DNA of 64,000 bases from Candidatus Cloacimonadota bacterium (GTDB lineage Bacteria > Cloacimonadota > Cloacimonadia > Cloacimonadales > JAJBBL01). A program made the translations under genes and the position numbers. The stretch spans positions 100,293 to 164,292 of the forward strand of contig JAHYIR010000003.1 of NCBI GenBank assembly GCA_019429305.1, in the 5' to 3' direction. Shown piece by piece: positions 49,981 through 59,734 of this stretch. Within the stretch, counting starts at the first letter, position 1; each line of letters starts with the position of its first letter. The notes beneath the pieces are model-generated. The model was not told the origin of the DNA and ran no database searches. It saw only the letters and a list, made by a program, of their open reading frames with translations.

Positions 49981-51108
49981 ATGACTAATCTTGAGATAAT
50001 AAGGCAAATAGACTTCTTGGCTTCTCTTAATGAAAAAGCTATCTCCGAGATAGCGGATAAATTTAAAGAAATTAATCTTTCTAAAGGGACTGTTATATTC
50101 AAAGAGAATGAACCCGGAGATTGTTTCTACGTTCTAAAGTCCGGAAGAGTCTCCCTAACAAAAAGAATCAATATCGATGATGAAGCATCAGGAGAATTGA
50201 TCTTTTTTAAACCTTATGAATATTTCGGTGAATTAGCATTGATTGATGATGAACCTCGCTCCGGAACAGTTACCGTTACTGATGATGCCTCGTTACTAAA
50301 AATAGATAAAGATGATTTTCTGGCTATTTGTAAAGATCATCCAACAGTACTATTCAGCATAGTGAAAACCATGTCCAGAAGATTAAGGGATACGAACGAC
50401 AGATACATTAAGATGTGGGATACTGTCATAAAGGATAAAAAACTCGCCGCCATTGGTGCTGCAGCCAGTAAAATTGTCCACGATATTAAAACACCGATTA
50501 CTATAATAGTACTAACTGCTGAAGTAATTGAAAAACTATTTGAACAAGTAGCTCCCTTTACTAAAAAGATCATCAAACAAGTTAGAATATTAGATGAAAT
50601 GGTGAGAGAGATTCTGGAGTTCGCCCGGGGAGAGAAATCAGATCTCAAGATATCAGAAATAGATCTCGAACAGTTTTTTAATGAAATGCTGGATGAGTTG
50701 AATCCACTTGCAGAAGTCAGCAAAGTCAAACTGACTTTGGTAAACAATGTCAAACAGAGAGTCTTTTTCGATTCAATGAAAATACATCATACTATTTTTA
50801 ACATCTTCAAAAACGGTATCGAAGCCATCGGTGAAAGAAAGGGCAAGATTGATATTAACGCTGAAATTGTTAAAGATCAACTACACATCTCAATTTATAA
50901 TGATGGACCGGAAATACCGCAGCAAGTACTTAACCAGATATTTGAACCTTTTGCTACCTACGGTAAAAAGTCTGGCACTGGTCTTGGGTTAGCTATCTGT
51001 CACAAAGTAATAAAAGATCATAACGGAGATATGTATGCCCAAAATCTTAAAGAGGGCGGAGTCCTTTTCGATATCTACATACCGATGAAAAAATATATGT
51101 CTAACTAA
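49981..51108 (+). CDS. Soluble cyclic-nucleotide-binding-domain histidine kinase
   Basis: CAP_ED pattern (FGELALIDDEPRSGTV), H-box HDIKTPIT, N-box and G-box (GTGLGLAI). No TM helix. ATG at 49981 lies 8 nt after AGGAG. Confidence 0.8.
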   Translation: MTNLEIIRQIDFLASLNEKAISEIADKFKEINLSKGTVIFKENEPGDCFYVLKSGRVSLTKRINIDDEASGELIFFKPYEYFGELALIDDEPRSGTVTVTDDASLLKIDKDDFLAICKDHPTVLFSIVKTMSRRLRDTNDRYIKMWDTVIKDKKLAAIGAAASKIVHDIKTPITIIVLTAEVIEKLFEQVAPFTKKIIKQVRILDEMVREILEFARGEKSDLKISEIDLEQFFNEMLDELNPLAEVSKVKLTLVNNVKQRVFFDSMKIHHTIFNIFKNGIEAIGERKGKIDINAEIVKDQLHISIYNDGPEIPQQVLNQIFEPFATYGKKSGTGLGLAICHKVIKDHNGDMYAQNLKEGGVLFDIYIPMKKYMSN

Positions 51109-51159
51109 TTGTCCAATATAAGGTTATCGTTTTTTGCCATAAACGGAATACAAGATATT

Positions 51160-51190
51160 AGCAGTCAGTTTTAATGACTGCTATTTTTTT
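51160..51190 (+). terminator. Rho-independent terminator
   Basis: AGCAGTCA-gttttaa-TGACTGCT followed by T7. Confidence 0.8.
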
Positions 51191-51191
51191 A

Positions 51192-51219
51192 TTGACTTTT
51201 TGGCTTTCTCATGTAAATT
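51192..51219 (+). promoter_or_regulatory. Candidate clpB promoter
   Basis: TTGACT-N16-TAAATT. Confidence 0.3.
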
Positions 51220-51255
51220 GTCATTAGATTAGATGGTTTTCAGGAGGCAGTAAAA

Positions 51256-53865
51256 ATGAACTTCAATAAGTTAACGATAAAATCACAAGAAGCTCTGGAA
51301 GTAGCACGTACTATTGCAGAAGAGCATGAACAACAGGAATTGTTGTCTTTGCATTTGTTATCAGCATTACTGGTCCAGGAAGATAGTTTTATTGTTCCCA
51401 TACTCAAGAAGATAGATGTCAATGTTGAACAGATGAAGGTAGATGTATCAGAAGAATTAAGTATATTGCCCACGATTAGTGGAGTAGGTCAGGTATATCT
51501 TTCCAACGAATTGAACTCTGTATTAAAGCAAGCAGAGATAGAGCAGAAGGGTTTTCAGGACGACTATATCAGTTTAGAGCATCTCTTATTGGGCATAATA
51601 GATAAGGGGAAGAGTTGCAATAAGGTCCTTAATCAGCATCGCATAACAAAAGACAAGATCTTATTGTCTTTAAAGGAGATACGAGGTACTCAAAGGGTAA
51701 CAGATCAAAATCCTGAAGGTAAGTATCAGGCATTACAGAAATATGCCCGTAATCTTACCAGTTTGGCAGTTCAGGGTAAATTGGACCCGGTTATAGGTAG
51801 AGATGAAGAGATCAGGCGAACTATTCAGATATTATCCAGACGCAGGAAAAATAACCCTCTCTTGATAGGAGATCCTGGTGTTGGTAAAACAGCCATAGCC
51901 GAAGGGCTGGCTAGACGTATCATAGATCAGGATGTTCCGGAAAATCTCAAAGGCAAAGAACTGATAGAGCTCGATATGGCTGCTTTAGTAGCCGGTGCTA
52001 AGTTTAGGGGTGAATTTGAAGAGCGATTAAAGGCAGTATTGAAAGAGGTTGAAGCAGCTGGTGGCAAGATAATACTCTTTATCGATGAGATTCACACAGT
52101 TGTCGGTGCTGGAGCAGCTGAAGGTGCAGTAGATGCCTCAAATATGCTCAAGCCGGCATTAGCACGTGGTACTCTTCATTGTATTGGAGCAACAACAATG
52201 AATGAGTATCGTAAATATATCGAGAAAGATGCTGCCTTAGAGCGAAGATTTCAACCGATATTGATCTCCGAACCCTCAGTAGAAGATACGATATCCATCT
52301 TAAGAGGTATAAAAGAGAAATATGAAGTTCATCACGGAGTACAGATAACAGACGGAGCTTTAGTAGCTGCTGCTGTGCTTTCTAATCGTTATATCTCTGA
52401 CAGATTTCTTCCCGACAAGGCAATAGATCTGATCGACGAATCTTGTGCTAATCTTAAAATGGAGATTGATTCCATGCCTGTTGAGATTGATGAGATCAAA
52501 CGCAAGATACGCCAATTGGAGATAGAGAAATTATCAGTACAAAAAGAAAAAGATTCCTTGTCAAAAGAGCGATTAGAACGTCTAAAACGAGAGATGTCAG
52601 AACTTCGTGAAGAAGAGAAGCGTTTGACATTACTTTGGGAAAGAGAAAAGGAAATATTAAAACAAATCAGCTCAATTTCAGAAGCGATAGACAGATTAAA
52701 AGCAGAGGCAGAACAAGCAGAACGAGAGGGTAATCTTGGCAAGGTAGCCGAGTTAAAGTATGGTACATTAACTCAAAAGCAAAAAGATCTGGATTCTTGG
52801 AAAGCCAAGATGAAAGAGATACCGCCTGAACAGCAGCTACTAAAGGAGCAAGTAGACGAAGAGATGATTGCAGAGGTAGTTGCTAAATGGACGCATATTC
52901 CAGTCTCTAAGCTCCTGCAAAGTGAAATGCAGAAACTTATCACTATGGAAGAAGTCATTGCTAAAAGAGTTGTTGGACAACGAGAAGCTCTTGAAGCGGT
53001 AGCCAATGCTATTCGTAGATCTCGTAGTGGATTGGCTGACAGTGAAAAGCCGATCGGATCATTTCTTTTTCTCGGACCAACTGGTGTGGGGAAGACAGAG
53101 CTGGCTAAATCGTTAGCTGCCTTTCTCTTCGACACGGAAAAGGCACTGATCCGCATCGACATGTCAGAGTTTATGGAGAGACATTCGGTAGCTAGATTGA
53201 TAGGAGCACCTCCAGGTTATGTTGGATATGAAGAGGGTGGTTATCTCACAGAAGCTGTTCGCCGCAGACCTTACAGTGTCATTCTCTTTGATGAGATAGA
53301 GAAGGCACACAGTGATGTCTTTAGTGTACTCTTACAGATCCTTGATGATGGAAGATTAACCGACGGTAAAGGAAGGACTGTTGATTTCAAGAATACAGTG
53401 ATCATACTTACTTCCAATATCGGTTCTCAGATGATCTACGAACAGAGTGACGAGGATGAAGAGAGTTTGCACAATAAATTGATGGAAGTTCTTCAGCAAT
53501 ACTTCAAACCGGAATTTCTAAACAGATTGGATGACATTATTGTTTTTCATCGACTCAGCAAAGAACAGATCCGGGATATTGTTAAGATCCAGATATCTTA
53601 TCTGCAAAGCAGGTTACTGGATAAAAAAATCAGCTTTACTCTTACTGATAGAGCATTAGATAAATTAGCTGAAGATGGCTACGATCCGCAGTTTGGTGCT
53701 AGACCATTAAAACGAGTGATCCAAAGAGAGTTAGAGAACAAATTTGCTTTGGAGATATTAGAGAATAGAATTGCTGAAAATTCGGATGTAGAAGTCGATT
53801 TCAGAGACGGAAATTTTCAATTTCTTATAAAAAGCACTGATTCGCTTAACGTGAATGAGGATTAA
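51256..53865 (+). CDS. clpB: ATP-dependent chaperone ClpB
   Basis: Clp_N domain, two AAA+ modules ([16 protein letters not shown]) and a long coiled-coil middle domain. Confidence 0.95.
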   Translation: MNFNKLTIKSQEALEVARTIAEEHEQQELLSLHLLSALLVQEDSFIVPILKKIDVNVEQMKVDVSEELSILPTISGVGQVYLSNELNSVLKQAEIEQKGFQDDYISLEHLLLGIIDKGKSCNKVLNQHRITKDKILLSLKEIRGTQRVTDQNPEGKYQALQKYARNLTSLAVQGKLDPVIGRDEEIRRTIQILSRRRKNNPLLIGDPGVGKTAIAEGLARRIIDQDVPENLKGKELIELDMAALVAGAKFRGEFEERLKAVLKEVEAAGGKIILFIDEIHTVVGAGAAEGAVDASNMLKPALARGTLHCIGATTMNEYRKYIEKDAALERRFQPILISEPSVEDTISILRGIKEKYEVHHGVQITDGALVAAAVLSNRYISDRFLPDKAIDLIDESCANLKMEIDSMPVEIDEIKRKIRQLEIEKLSVQKEKDSLSKERLERLKREMSELREEEKRLTLLWEREKEILKQISSISEAIDRLKAEAEQAEREGNLGKVAELKYGTLTQKQKDLDSWKAKMKEIPPEQQLLKEQVDEEMIAEVVAKWTHIPVSKLLQSEMQKLITMEEVIAKRVVGQREALEAVANAIRRSRSGLADSEKPIGSFLFLGPTGVGKTELAKSLAAFLFDTEKALIRIDMSEFMERHSVARLIGAPPGYVGYEEGGYLTEAVRRRPYSVILFDEIEKAHSDVFSVLLQILDDGRLTDGKGRTVDFKNTVIILTSNIGSQMIYEQSDEDEESLHNKLMEVLQQYFKPEFLNRLDDIIVFHRLSKEQIRDIVKIQISYLQSRLLDKKISFTLTDRALDKLAEDGYDPQFGARPLKRVIQRELENKFALEILENRIAENSDVEVDFRDGNFQFLIKSTDSLNVNED

Positions 53866-53895
53866 AAGTTAGTTAAATCAAGGAAACATTTTCAT

Positions 53896-54107
53896 CTGTG
53901 TTCATCAGTGGTAGCATTAGTGTGTATTAATGGCTGATGCTTGCTTTGCTTCCGGCGGACTTGCTTCCCTTTTGCGCTGGGGCATCTCAATCTTTTCTTC
54001 GTGTCCTCTGTGGATGGCTTCACTGAGCTTGGAAGCAGCCACGAAGAAGCAATTTCCTCGGTTCCGTGGTTAAATCCATGCTTCGCTTCCAATGGACTTG
54101 CTATTTC
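53896..54107. repeat. Modular intergenic repeat cluster A (modules M3-M1-M2-M1)
   Basis: CTGTGTTCatCAGTGGT (53896). CTTGCTTTGCTTCCggcGGACTTGCT (53940). GGGGCATCTCAATCTTTTCTTCgtgtCCTCTGTGG (53978). gCTTCGCTTCCAATGGACTTGCTATTTC (54081). Matches cluster B. Confidence 0.8.
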
Positions 54108-54114
54108 AATTTTT

Positions 54115-55206
54115 TTAGATACAGACAAGCTTTCCTATATCAGCTTTTGTGATATCTAATACTTCGATATCCAGATTGAGCGGTTGGAGCAGTTCTTTCA
54201 GAACATTCAATATCGGATATTCAGTATAAAAATGACCTGCATCAATGAGAGGGATCTTGCTCTCTAATATCTTATGATAGGTAAAATCAGCCGAAATATA
54301 GACATCTGCTATATTTGCTGCTTTTTCAATTAAACTACTGCCACTACCGCCGCAAACGGCTATTTTACTAACTTCTTTATCTGGTGATTCATTAGCTAAC
54401 CAGAGTTTGACGAAGGGTGCTACTAATTTCTCTTTTACCAGTATAACTAACTCTTTCAGGGAGAGAGGATTTGCTAATTCCCCAATAATACCAAGTCCAT
54501 AATTGAGACTGCTCTGTTGCTGGGGATAAATAGCATAGGCAGGAGTTTCATAGGGATGAGCCGTATGAATCGCATTTAATACTCTGTCGAGTAAAGGCTT
54601 AGCAACAAAGAATTCCAGTTTCGTTTCTTCCAGTTTCTCCAGTTTATTATAAGTACCCAATGCCGGATCACTACCCTCCAGCGGCTTGAATTGCCCTTTG
54701 ACCTGATAGCTGTTCAGACAATGACTATAATTTCCAATGATGCCTGCTCCTGCCCGATGTACAGCATCGGCTACTATAGAAACATCTTCAGGTGGGACGT
54801 AGAGTGCAATATGATATGTTTCTGTATCCTGTTCGATGAATTTTAGGTTTTGGAGTCCCAGCCGATCTGCCAGAGCTTTACTCACACCATTTTTAACCAG
54901 ATCAAGATTAGTATGCATCACATAAACAGAAACATTGTTTCTTATCAGTTTCAAGATCAAAGGATCAGTTACATTTTTCAGGGGATTAAAAATAAGTGGA
55001 TGATGAGCTATGATGAGAGAGAAATTGTTTTTTATAGCATGCTCAACAACTGATGGTGTAACATCAAGGCAGACTAGAACCTTGGATATCTCTGAATCTC
55101 TTTCACCAATCAATAACCCTACATTATCCCAGCTATATGCTAATTTTGGTGGGGCAAAATCCTCCAGCACTTCAATAACATCAGCAACTCTCTTCTTCAC
55201 TTTCAT
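54115..55206 (-). CDS. Nif3-like dinuclear metal centre protein (long form with inserted domain)
   Basis: LIIAHHPLIF motif and C-terminal DAGHFYTE motif, 363 aa. Confidence 0.85.
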   Translation of the reverse strand: MKVKKRVADVIEVLEDFAPPKLAYSWDNVGLLIGERDSEISKVLVCLDVTPSVVEHAIKNNFSLIIAHHPLIFNPLKNVTDPLILKLIRNNVSVYVMHTNLDLVKNGVSKALADRLGLQNLKFIEQDTETYHIALYVPPEDVSIVADAVHRAGAGIIGNYSHCLNSYQVKGQFKPLEGSDPALGTYNKLEKLEETKLEFFVAKPLLDRVLNAIHTAHPYETPAYAIYPQQQSSLNYGLGIIGELANPLSLKELVILVKEKLVAPFVKLWLANESPDKEVSKIAVCGGSGSSLIEKAANIADVYISADFTYHKILESKIPLIDAGHFYTEYPILNVLKELLQPLNLDIEVLDITKADIGKLVCI

Positions 55207-55226
55207 AATCCATCCTTTTTATCTAT

Positions 55227-55964
55227 TTAGTCATCTTCTATGTTGTGGTAGTATTTCAATAGATCGTCCCGAAAATCTCCATAATGAAATCCTTTTCTCA
55301 TCAAATAAGCAATACATTTTTGATAATCTTTGGCAGAATTTTTATCAGGATATTTTCTGATCCCTTTCTCGATATGATATTGCAGGATCTCTTTTTTATC
55401 TTCCTCATTGTAGTTTTCTTGTAGCACTTTTTCAATCATTTCCGGAGGAATCCTTTTGCTTATCAGAGAGGTCTTTAGTTCGGTTTTGCTTTTTCGTCTG
55501 CTGATGTAAGATTGAGTCAGCAGTTCGGCAAATCGTTCTTCATTCAAAAATTTCTTTTCAAGAGCTCTCTGAATTAATGATTTTATCAAATCATTGCTAA
55601 CTGGTAGGTTTTTCAGATAGTTGCGGCATTCATCAATTGATCTCTCCCTAAAGCTGAGATATTTAAGAAGTCTTTCCCAAGCATAATTTGAGATCTCATT
55701 TTTTAATTCAGCAGCTCTATCTTTATCGAGGATAAACTCGTTTGCCAAACTGTAATTAGTTATAACCTTAGAGGGGAGAACGCCCCAGAGTTGAGCATTT
55801 TCAGGGATATGATAAGGATTATCTAAAGTCTCTATCTGATATTTATCGGAGAGTGATTCAAAGCTACCTTTCTCTTTCCTATTCTCTTCTCCATTCTCAG
55901 TTAACAGATAGATGATCTTGAGGTATTTCTGCTGTCGTTTGTTAACCTGTTTAAATCTTGGCAT
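55227..55964 (-). CDS. recX: RecX family regulator with about 90-aa N-terminal extension
   Basis: C-terminal three-helix repeats (LKYLSFRERSIDECRNYL..., RFAELLTQSYIS..., CIAYLMRKGFHYGD). Downstream of recA. Confidence 0.7.
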   Translation of the reverse strand: MPRFKQVNKRQQKYLKIIYLLTENGEENRKEKGSFESLSDKYQIETLDNPYHIPENAQLWGVLPSKVITNYSLANEFILDKDRAAELKNEISNYAWERLLKYLSFRERSIDECRNYLKNLPVSNDLIKSLIQRALEKKFLNEERFAELLTQSYISRRKSKTELKTSLISKRIPPEMIEKVLQENYNEEDKKEILQYHIEKGIRKYPDKNSAKDYQKCIAYLMRKGFHYGDFRDDLLKYYHNIEDD

Positions 55965-55990
55965 GATTGCTTTATAACCTCAAGTTTTTG

Positions 55991-56017
55991 CTACAAAAGG
56001 GCGACCGGTGGTCGCCC
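55991..56017 (-). terminator. Hairpin/attenuator between recA and recX
   Basis: Minus sense GGGCGACC-acc-GGTCGCCC followed by TTTTG, 26 nt before the recX ATG. Confidence 0.6.
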
Positions 56018-56094
56018 CTACATATTTTTTTCATCCGTTTAATCTTATTTTTCTATCAAATCCGCGTTCTATTTCCTTCTTGTTATCCTTCCGT

Positions 56095-56191
56095 TGGGAC
56101 GTCTCAATATTTTTCTCTTAATCCTCTGTGTTCTCAGTGTCTCAGTGGTTTATAATCTACCCTTGCTTTGCTTCCAATGGACTTACTATTC
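56095..56191. repeat. Modular intergenic repeat cluster B (M2-M3-M1), abutting the recA stop
   Basis: GGGACGTCTCAATATTTTTCTCttaatCCTCTGTGTTCtcagtgtctCAGTGGTT...CTTGCTTTGCTTCCAATGGACTTACTATTC. Confidence 0.8.
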
Positions 56192-57220
56192 TTCCTTCGG
56201 CTTTTCCTCTACCTCTGACGGGAAATAGATACTCTTGACCTCTGCTTCGATCGCATCACGAATTTCGGGATTTTCAGCTAGAAACGCCTTGACCCTATCC
56301 GTTCCCTGACCGATCTTTTGATCTCCATAAGAGAACCAAGAGCCGCTCTTTTTAATAATATCCTTATCCACAGCCAGATTGATCAGAATATCTTCATGAG
56401 AAATCCCTTTTCCGTAAATAAGGGGGAATTCTACGGTCTTAAAGGGGGGGGCAAATTTGTTCTTCACAACCTTTACCCGGATGATGTTACCTATAATATC
56501 AACCGTACCACCCGAGGCATCTTTGATAGCTCCGGCGTTTCTCACCTCGAGACGGACAGAAGAGTAGAATTTCAGCGCCACACCACCGGTTGTAGTCTCC
56601 GGATTCATATAGGCCGGAACTCCAATCTTCATTCTTGTTTGATTAATGAAGATTACGGCAGTATTGGACTTACTGACAATAGCTGTCAGTTTTCTCAGTG
56701 CCTGTGACATCAATCTTGCCTGTAAACCGACATGACTGTCACCCATCTCACCCTCTATCTCCTGACGAGTTACCAGAGCTGCTACCGAGTCAAGAATGAT
56801 CAGGTCAACCGCATTGCTGCGAACCAGAGTTTCTACTATCTCCAATGACTGTTCTCCACCATCAGGTTGAGAGATTAGCATTTCATCGGTATTAACTCCG
56901 ATCTTTTTTGCATACACAGGGTCGAGAGCATGCTCGGCATCGATAAAAGCAATGATCCCATTCTGTTTCTGAGTTTGAGCTGCTATATGGAGGGCTAGAG
57001 TTGTTTTCCCAGAAGCTTCTGCTCCGTATATTTCGGTAATTCTCCCCTTTGGTATGCCCCCTATGCCAAGAGCAGCATCTAAGTTTATTGCTCCGGTTGG
57101 TATTACATCTGCTTTTTGTTTCGGCTTATCACCGAGTCGCATGATCGTGCCTGCTCCATATTTCTTTTCTAATTGTCCTAAAGCAGTTTTTAGGGCTGCA
57201 TCTTTTTGTTTATCACTCAT
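56186..57220 (-). CDS. recA: Recombinase RecA
   Basis: Walker [10 protein letters not shown], the L1/L2 regions and near-full-length colinearity with RecA. Confidence 0.97.
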   Translation of the reverse strand: MSDKQKDAALKTALGQLEKKYGAGTIMRLGDKPKQKADVIPTGAINLDAALGIGGIPKGRITEIYGAEASGKTTLALHIAAQTQKQNGIIAFIDAEHALDPVYAKKIGVNTDEMLISQPDGGEQSLEIVETLVRSNAVDLIILDSVAALVTRQEIEGEMGDSHVGLQARLMSQALRKLTAIVSKSNTAVIFINQTRMKIGVPAYMNPETTTGGVALKFYSSVRLEVRNAGAIKDASGGTVDIIGNIIRVKVVKNKFAPPFKTVEFPLIYGKGISHEDILINLAVDKDIIKKSGSWFSYGDQKIGQGTDRVKAFLAENPEIRDAIEAEVKSIYFPSEVEEKPKEE

Positions 57221-57777
57221 TATTCCTCCATAAGATTATATGTTGCTATTTTTTTATACTCGGGACCCGTAGAATGTAAACGACTCTCATAAAAAGTTGC
57301 CTCACTAACTGTCCATTGCTTGTTATTTATTGCTATATTTGTCAAACTTTCAGTAATAGTCAAAGGAATGAATCTCTTCACTCTACCGAGAGTAATATGC
57401 AATCTGAACGGTTTTTTGTCAATCTCAAACCCTCTCTTTTTTAGATAAAAACGGATTTTTCCGACCACATCATTTATTTGAGAACTGCTAAAATCACATT
57501 TTATCCAAACCAAGCGGGTATTTTTGGGGGGTATTATCTCAATCAGCGGCTTGAAAATAGGAAATGGTTTGAGCTCAGCCAGAATAGTTGCAAAGCTGTC
57601 AGACAGTTCTTTGATGGCTCGTGGTTCTGTATCTCCGATAAATTGCAGGGTTATATGTAACTTATTCTTTTCGACCCACTTAATGCCGTGTGGGCAGATA
57701 TCCTGAAGCTTTTGTATTACTTCTGCTATTTCTTTTTTGAACTCTTCAGGCAGTTCCAGAGCCAGAAAAGTCCGCAT
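57220..57777 (-). CDS. thpR: RNA 2',3'-cyclic phosphodiesterase (2H family, LigT/ThpR)
   Basis: Two HxTx motifs ([15 protein letters not shown]). The stop overlaps the recA start (TAATG). Confidence 0.85.
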   Translation of the reverse strand: MRTFLALELPEEFKKEIAEVIQKLQDICPHGIKWVEKNKLHITLQFIGDTEPRAIKELSDSFATILAELKPFPIFKPLIEIIPPKNTRLVWIKCDFSSSQINDVVGKIRFYLKKRGFEIDKKPFRLHITLGRVKRFIPLTITESLTNIAINNKQWTVSEATFYESRLHSTGPEYKKIATYNLMEE

Positions 57778-58259
57778 TATCTCTTATAGCCGATATCGAG
57801 CAGGAATCTCTTTCGCGTTGAGATATCGGAATCTAACTCTACACCTTGGGGTGAATAACCATCTATTACCCCTAAAACACCACGTCCTTGTTCGGTCTCC
57901 GCCAAGATCACTTCTACCGGATTAGCCGTTGCACAGAAGATATTGACCACTTCCCGGCAATCTTTGATGGCAGGGATAACATTGATGGGGAAGGCGTTCT
58001 TGATGATGATCAAAAAAGTATGTCCGGCTTTCAAACGGAGAAGATTTTCAACCGCTAATTCTATCAATTCACTATCGGTACCATCTTTACGTATCAAACA
58101 GGGACCGGATGCTTCACTGAAAGCAAGCCCGAATTTGATACCCGGCACCGAATTCGTCATTGCTTCGTAGAGGTCTTCTACTGTCTTGATAAAGTGGGAC
58201 TGTCCGAGTATGATGTTATGATCTTCCTCAACTTTGATCTTTTCAATAACCAGTTCCAT
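57777..58259 (-). CDS. Adenosine-specific kinase family protein
   Basis: 160 aa. The pattern GQSHFIKTVEDL...PGIKFGLAFSEASGPCLIR...INVIPAIK...FCATANPVEV is recalled from the family of that name and has not been searched. Confidence 0.55.
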   Translation of the reverse strand: MELVIEKIKVEEDHNIILGQSHFIKTVEDLYEAMTNSVPGIKFGLAFSEASGPCLIRKDGTDSELIELAVENLLRLKAGHTFLIIIKNAFPINVIPAIKDCREVVNIFCATANPVEVILAETEQGRGVLGVIDGYSPQGVELDSDISTRKRFLLDIGYKR

Positions 58260-58286
58260 CTTTCTACCTCCCCAATTAAATGATCA

Positions 58287-58637
58287 TCAACAAGTTAGGT
58301 GAAAAATCCCTATTTTCATTCCGTTTATAAGACGATTATACTCTTTCACAGCTATCTGTGTCGGTTTAATGATGAAGGGAATGTTTTTCTTTTCCAGAAA
58401 TTCTTGCAGTAGAAGATCGACCTGCATTAATCCTGAAGTGCCGGTTCCGATGAAAACAGACAATATATTGTTCCAATCAATTTCCTGTAGATCTTCTAAC
58501 AAGAGAATATGACTCTCCTTACGCCACCAATCGGTAATGATCTTTTGTGGTGTTATGATCAAATCAGCATAATACTCAATGTTATTTATTACTATAGAAC
58601 CAAATCGATACTGATCAATAAAGAACTTAACAAGCAT
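58287..58637 (-). CDS. Mth938/NDUFAF3-like (DUF498) domain protein
   Basis: 116 aa. FGSIVINNIEYYADLII... and FIGTGTSGLMQV are typical of the Mth938 fold family. Confidence 0.6.
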   Translation of the reverse strand: MLVKFFIDQYRFGSIVINNIEYYADLIITPQKIITDWWRKESHILLLEDLQEIDWNNILSVFIGTGTSGLMQVDLLLQEFLEKKNIPFIIKPTQIAVKEYNRLINGMKIGIFHLTC

Positions 58638-58674
58638 TGTTAGTTATATGTTGCCGGTTAGCCATTTCAGTATT

Positions 58675-58694
58675 TTAAGCACTTGGGTGCTTAA
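58675..58694. other. Perfect 8-bp stem-loop between mscL and the Mth938-like gene
   Basis: TTAAGCAC-ttgg-GTGCTTAA. No minus-strand T-run, so its role is unclear. Confidence 0.4.
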
Positions 58695-58757
58695 CTCGAC
58701 AGTCTCTTTTTTTATTTCTGGATTAATTATGAGCATTTGCTTTTTAAGAGAGTTGTT

Positions 58758-59165
58758 TTATTTTCTTTCTTTAAGCAGGTCTCTGATCTCAGTCAGAAGG
58801 ACTTCTTCTTTCGGCGGTTCAGGTGGAGGTGCAGGAGCTTCTTCTTGTTTCTTCTTGGCTGAATTCATTGCTTTTATAACAATAAAAATCGCGAAAGCAA
58901 TAATGACAAAGTCAACGACTGCTTTAATGAATACACCATAGGAGATAACAACAGGTGGAGTGTCTCCAACTGCATGCTTGATAATGATAAACAGTTCAGA
59001 AAAGTCAACACCACCTATGAGAACACCAATTGGCGGCATCAAAACATCACTAACAAAAGAAGCAACAATTTTACCGAAAGCAGCACCGATAACAATACCG
59101 ACCGCCATGTCAATAACATTGCCTCTCATCGCAAAATCTTTGAATTCTTTCATCATTTTGCCCAT
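58758..59165 (-). CDS. mscL: Large-conductance mechanosensitive channel
   Basis: [29 protein letters not shown] signature. Confidence 0.93.
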   Translation of the reverse strand: MGKMMKEFKDFAMRGNVIDMAVGIVIGAAFGKIVASFVSDVLMPPIGVLIGGVDFSELFIIIKHAVGDTPPVVISYGVFIKAVVDFVIIAFAIFIVIKAMNSAKKKQEEAPAPPPEPPKEEVLLTEIRDLLKERK

Positions 59166-59258
59166 ACTATCTCCTTGATTAGTAGATTAAATCACTAATC
59201 TGTTATGGTTTCAAGCAGCTGGTTCAAGATCAGAGAGATTTTATCAAGATAACTAAGC

Positions 59259-59450
59259 TTAAACAGCTTTAGTGACTTTATTCGCCTTCAGACAGGAGGT
59301 ACAAACTTTGATGGTTTTAACTTTGTCACCATCTTTAACGCGTACCTTCTGTAAATTCGGGTGAAATCGTCTCTTTGTAGCATTTAAAGCATGGCTGCGG
59401 TGGTTACCAACCTGTGACGATTTTCCGCATACATCGCATATTCTAGACAT
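59259..59450 (-). CDS. rpmB: 50S ribosomal protein L28
   Basis: [34 protein letters not shown]. Confidence 0.95.
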   Translation of the reverse strand: MSRICDVCGKSSQVGNHRSHALNATKRRFHPNLQKVRVKDGDKVKTIKVCTSCLKANKVTKAV

Positions 59451-59580
59451 TATATTCCTTCCTTAGATTTTTTTTCATTAAATTTGATACCTCTATTTCT
59501 GGCAAGATTTATCTTGAAGAATGAATACCTGTCAAGTATGGATCATAAGACAGGGCATACCTCTTTTTTCCATCGTGTTT

Positions 59581-59675
59581 GTCATCTTGACTTAATATCC
59601 ACTCTTTTATGTCATCATGACTGAACAACCTTCACTTGTCATCTCGACTGAAGAAAGAGTCACGCAAGTGACTCT
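59581..59675. repeat. Three phased GTCATCnnGAC repeats followed by a perfect 8-bp hairpin
   Basis: GTCATCTTGACTTAA (59581), GTCATCATGACTGAA (59611), GTCATCTCGACTGAA (59638). AGAGTCAC-gcaa-GTGACTCT (59656-59675). Confidence 0.75.
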
Positions 59676-59734
59676 TGCGAAATGGAGAGATCTCAGCACC
59701 GACTCAGAATAAAAAAGAATCCCCTTTATTCCAA

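Noticed and set aside
53892-54128. 78-aa minus-strand ORF (MSVSKKIEIASPLEAKHG...)
   Set aside because: It lies entirely within intergenic repeat cluster A. Its internal peptide repeats mirror the DNA modules, and it has no RBS. It is a translation artefact of the repeats.
56443-56450. G8 (C8 on the coding strand) inside recA as a phase-variation tract
   Set aside because: It encodes the conserved F-A-P-P-F segment of an essential housekeeping gene. It is most simply explained by the CCC Pro codon preference. It serves as a caution for the C10 call at 15401.
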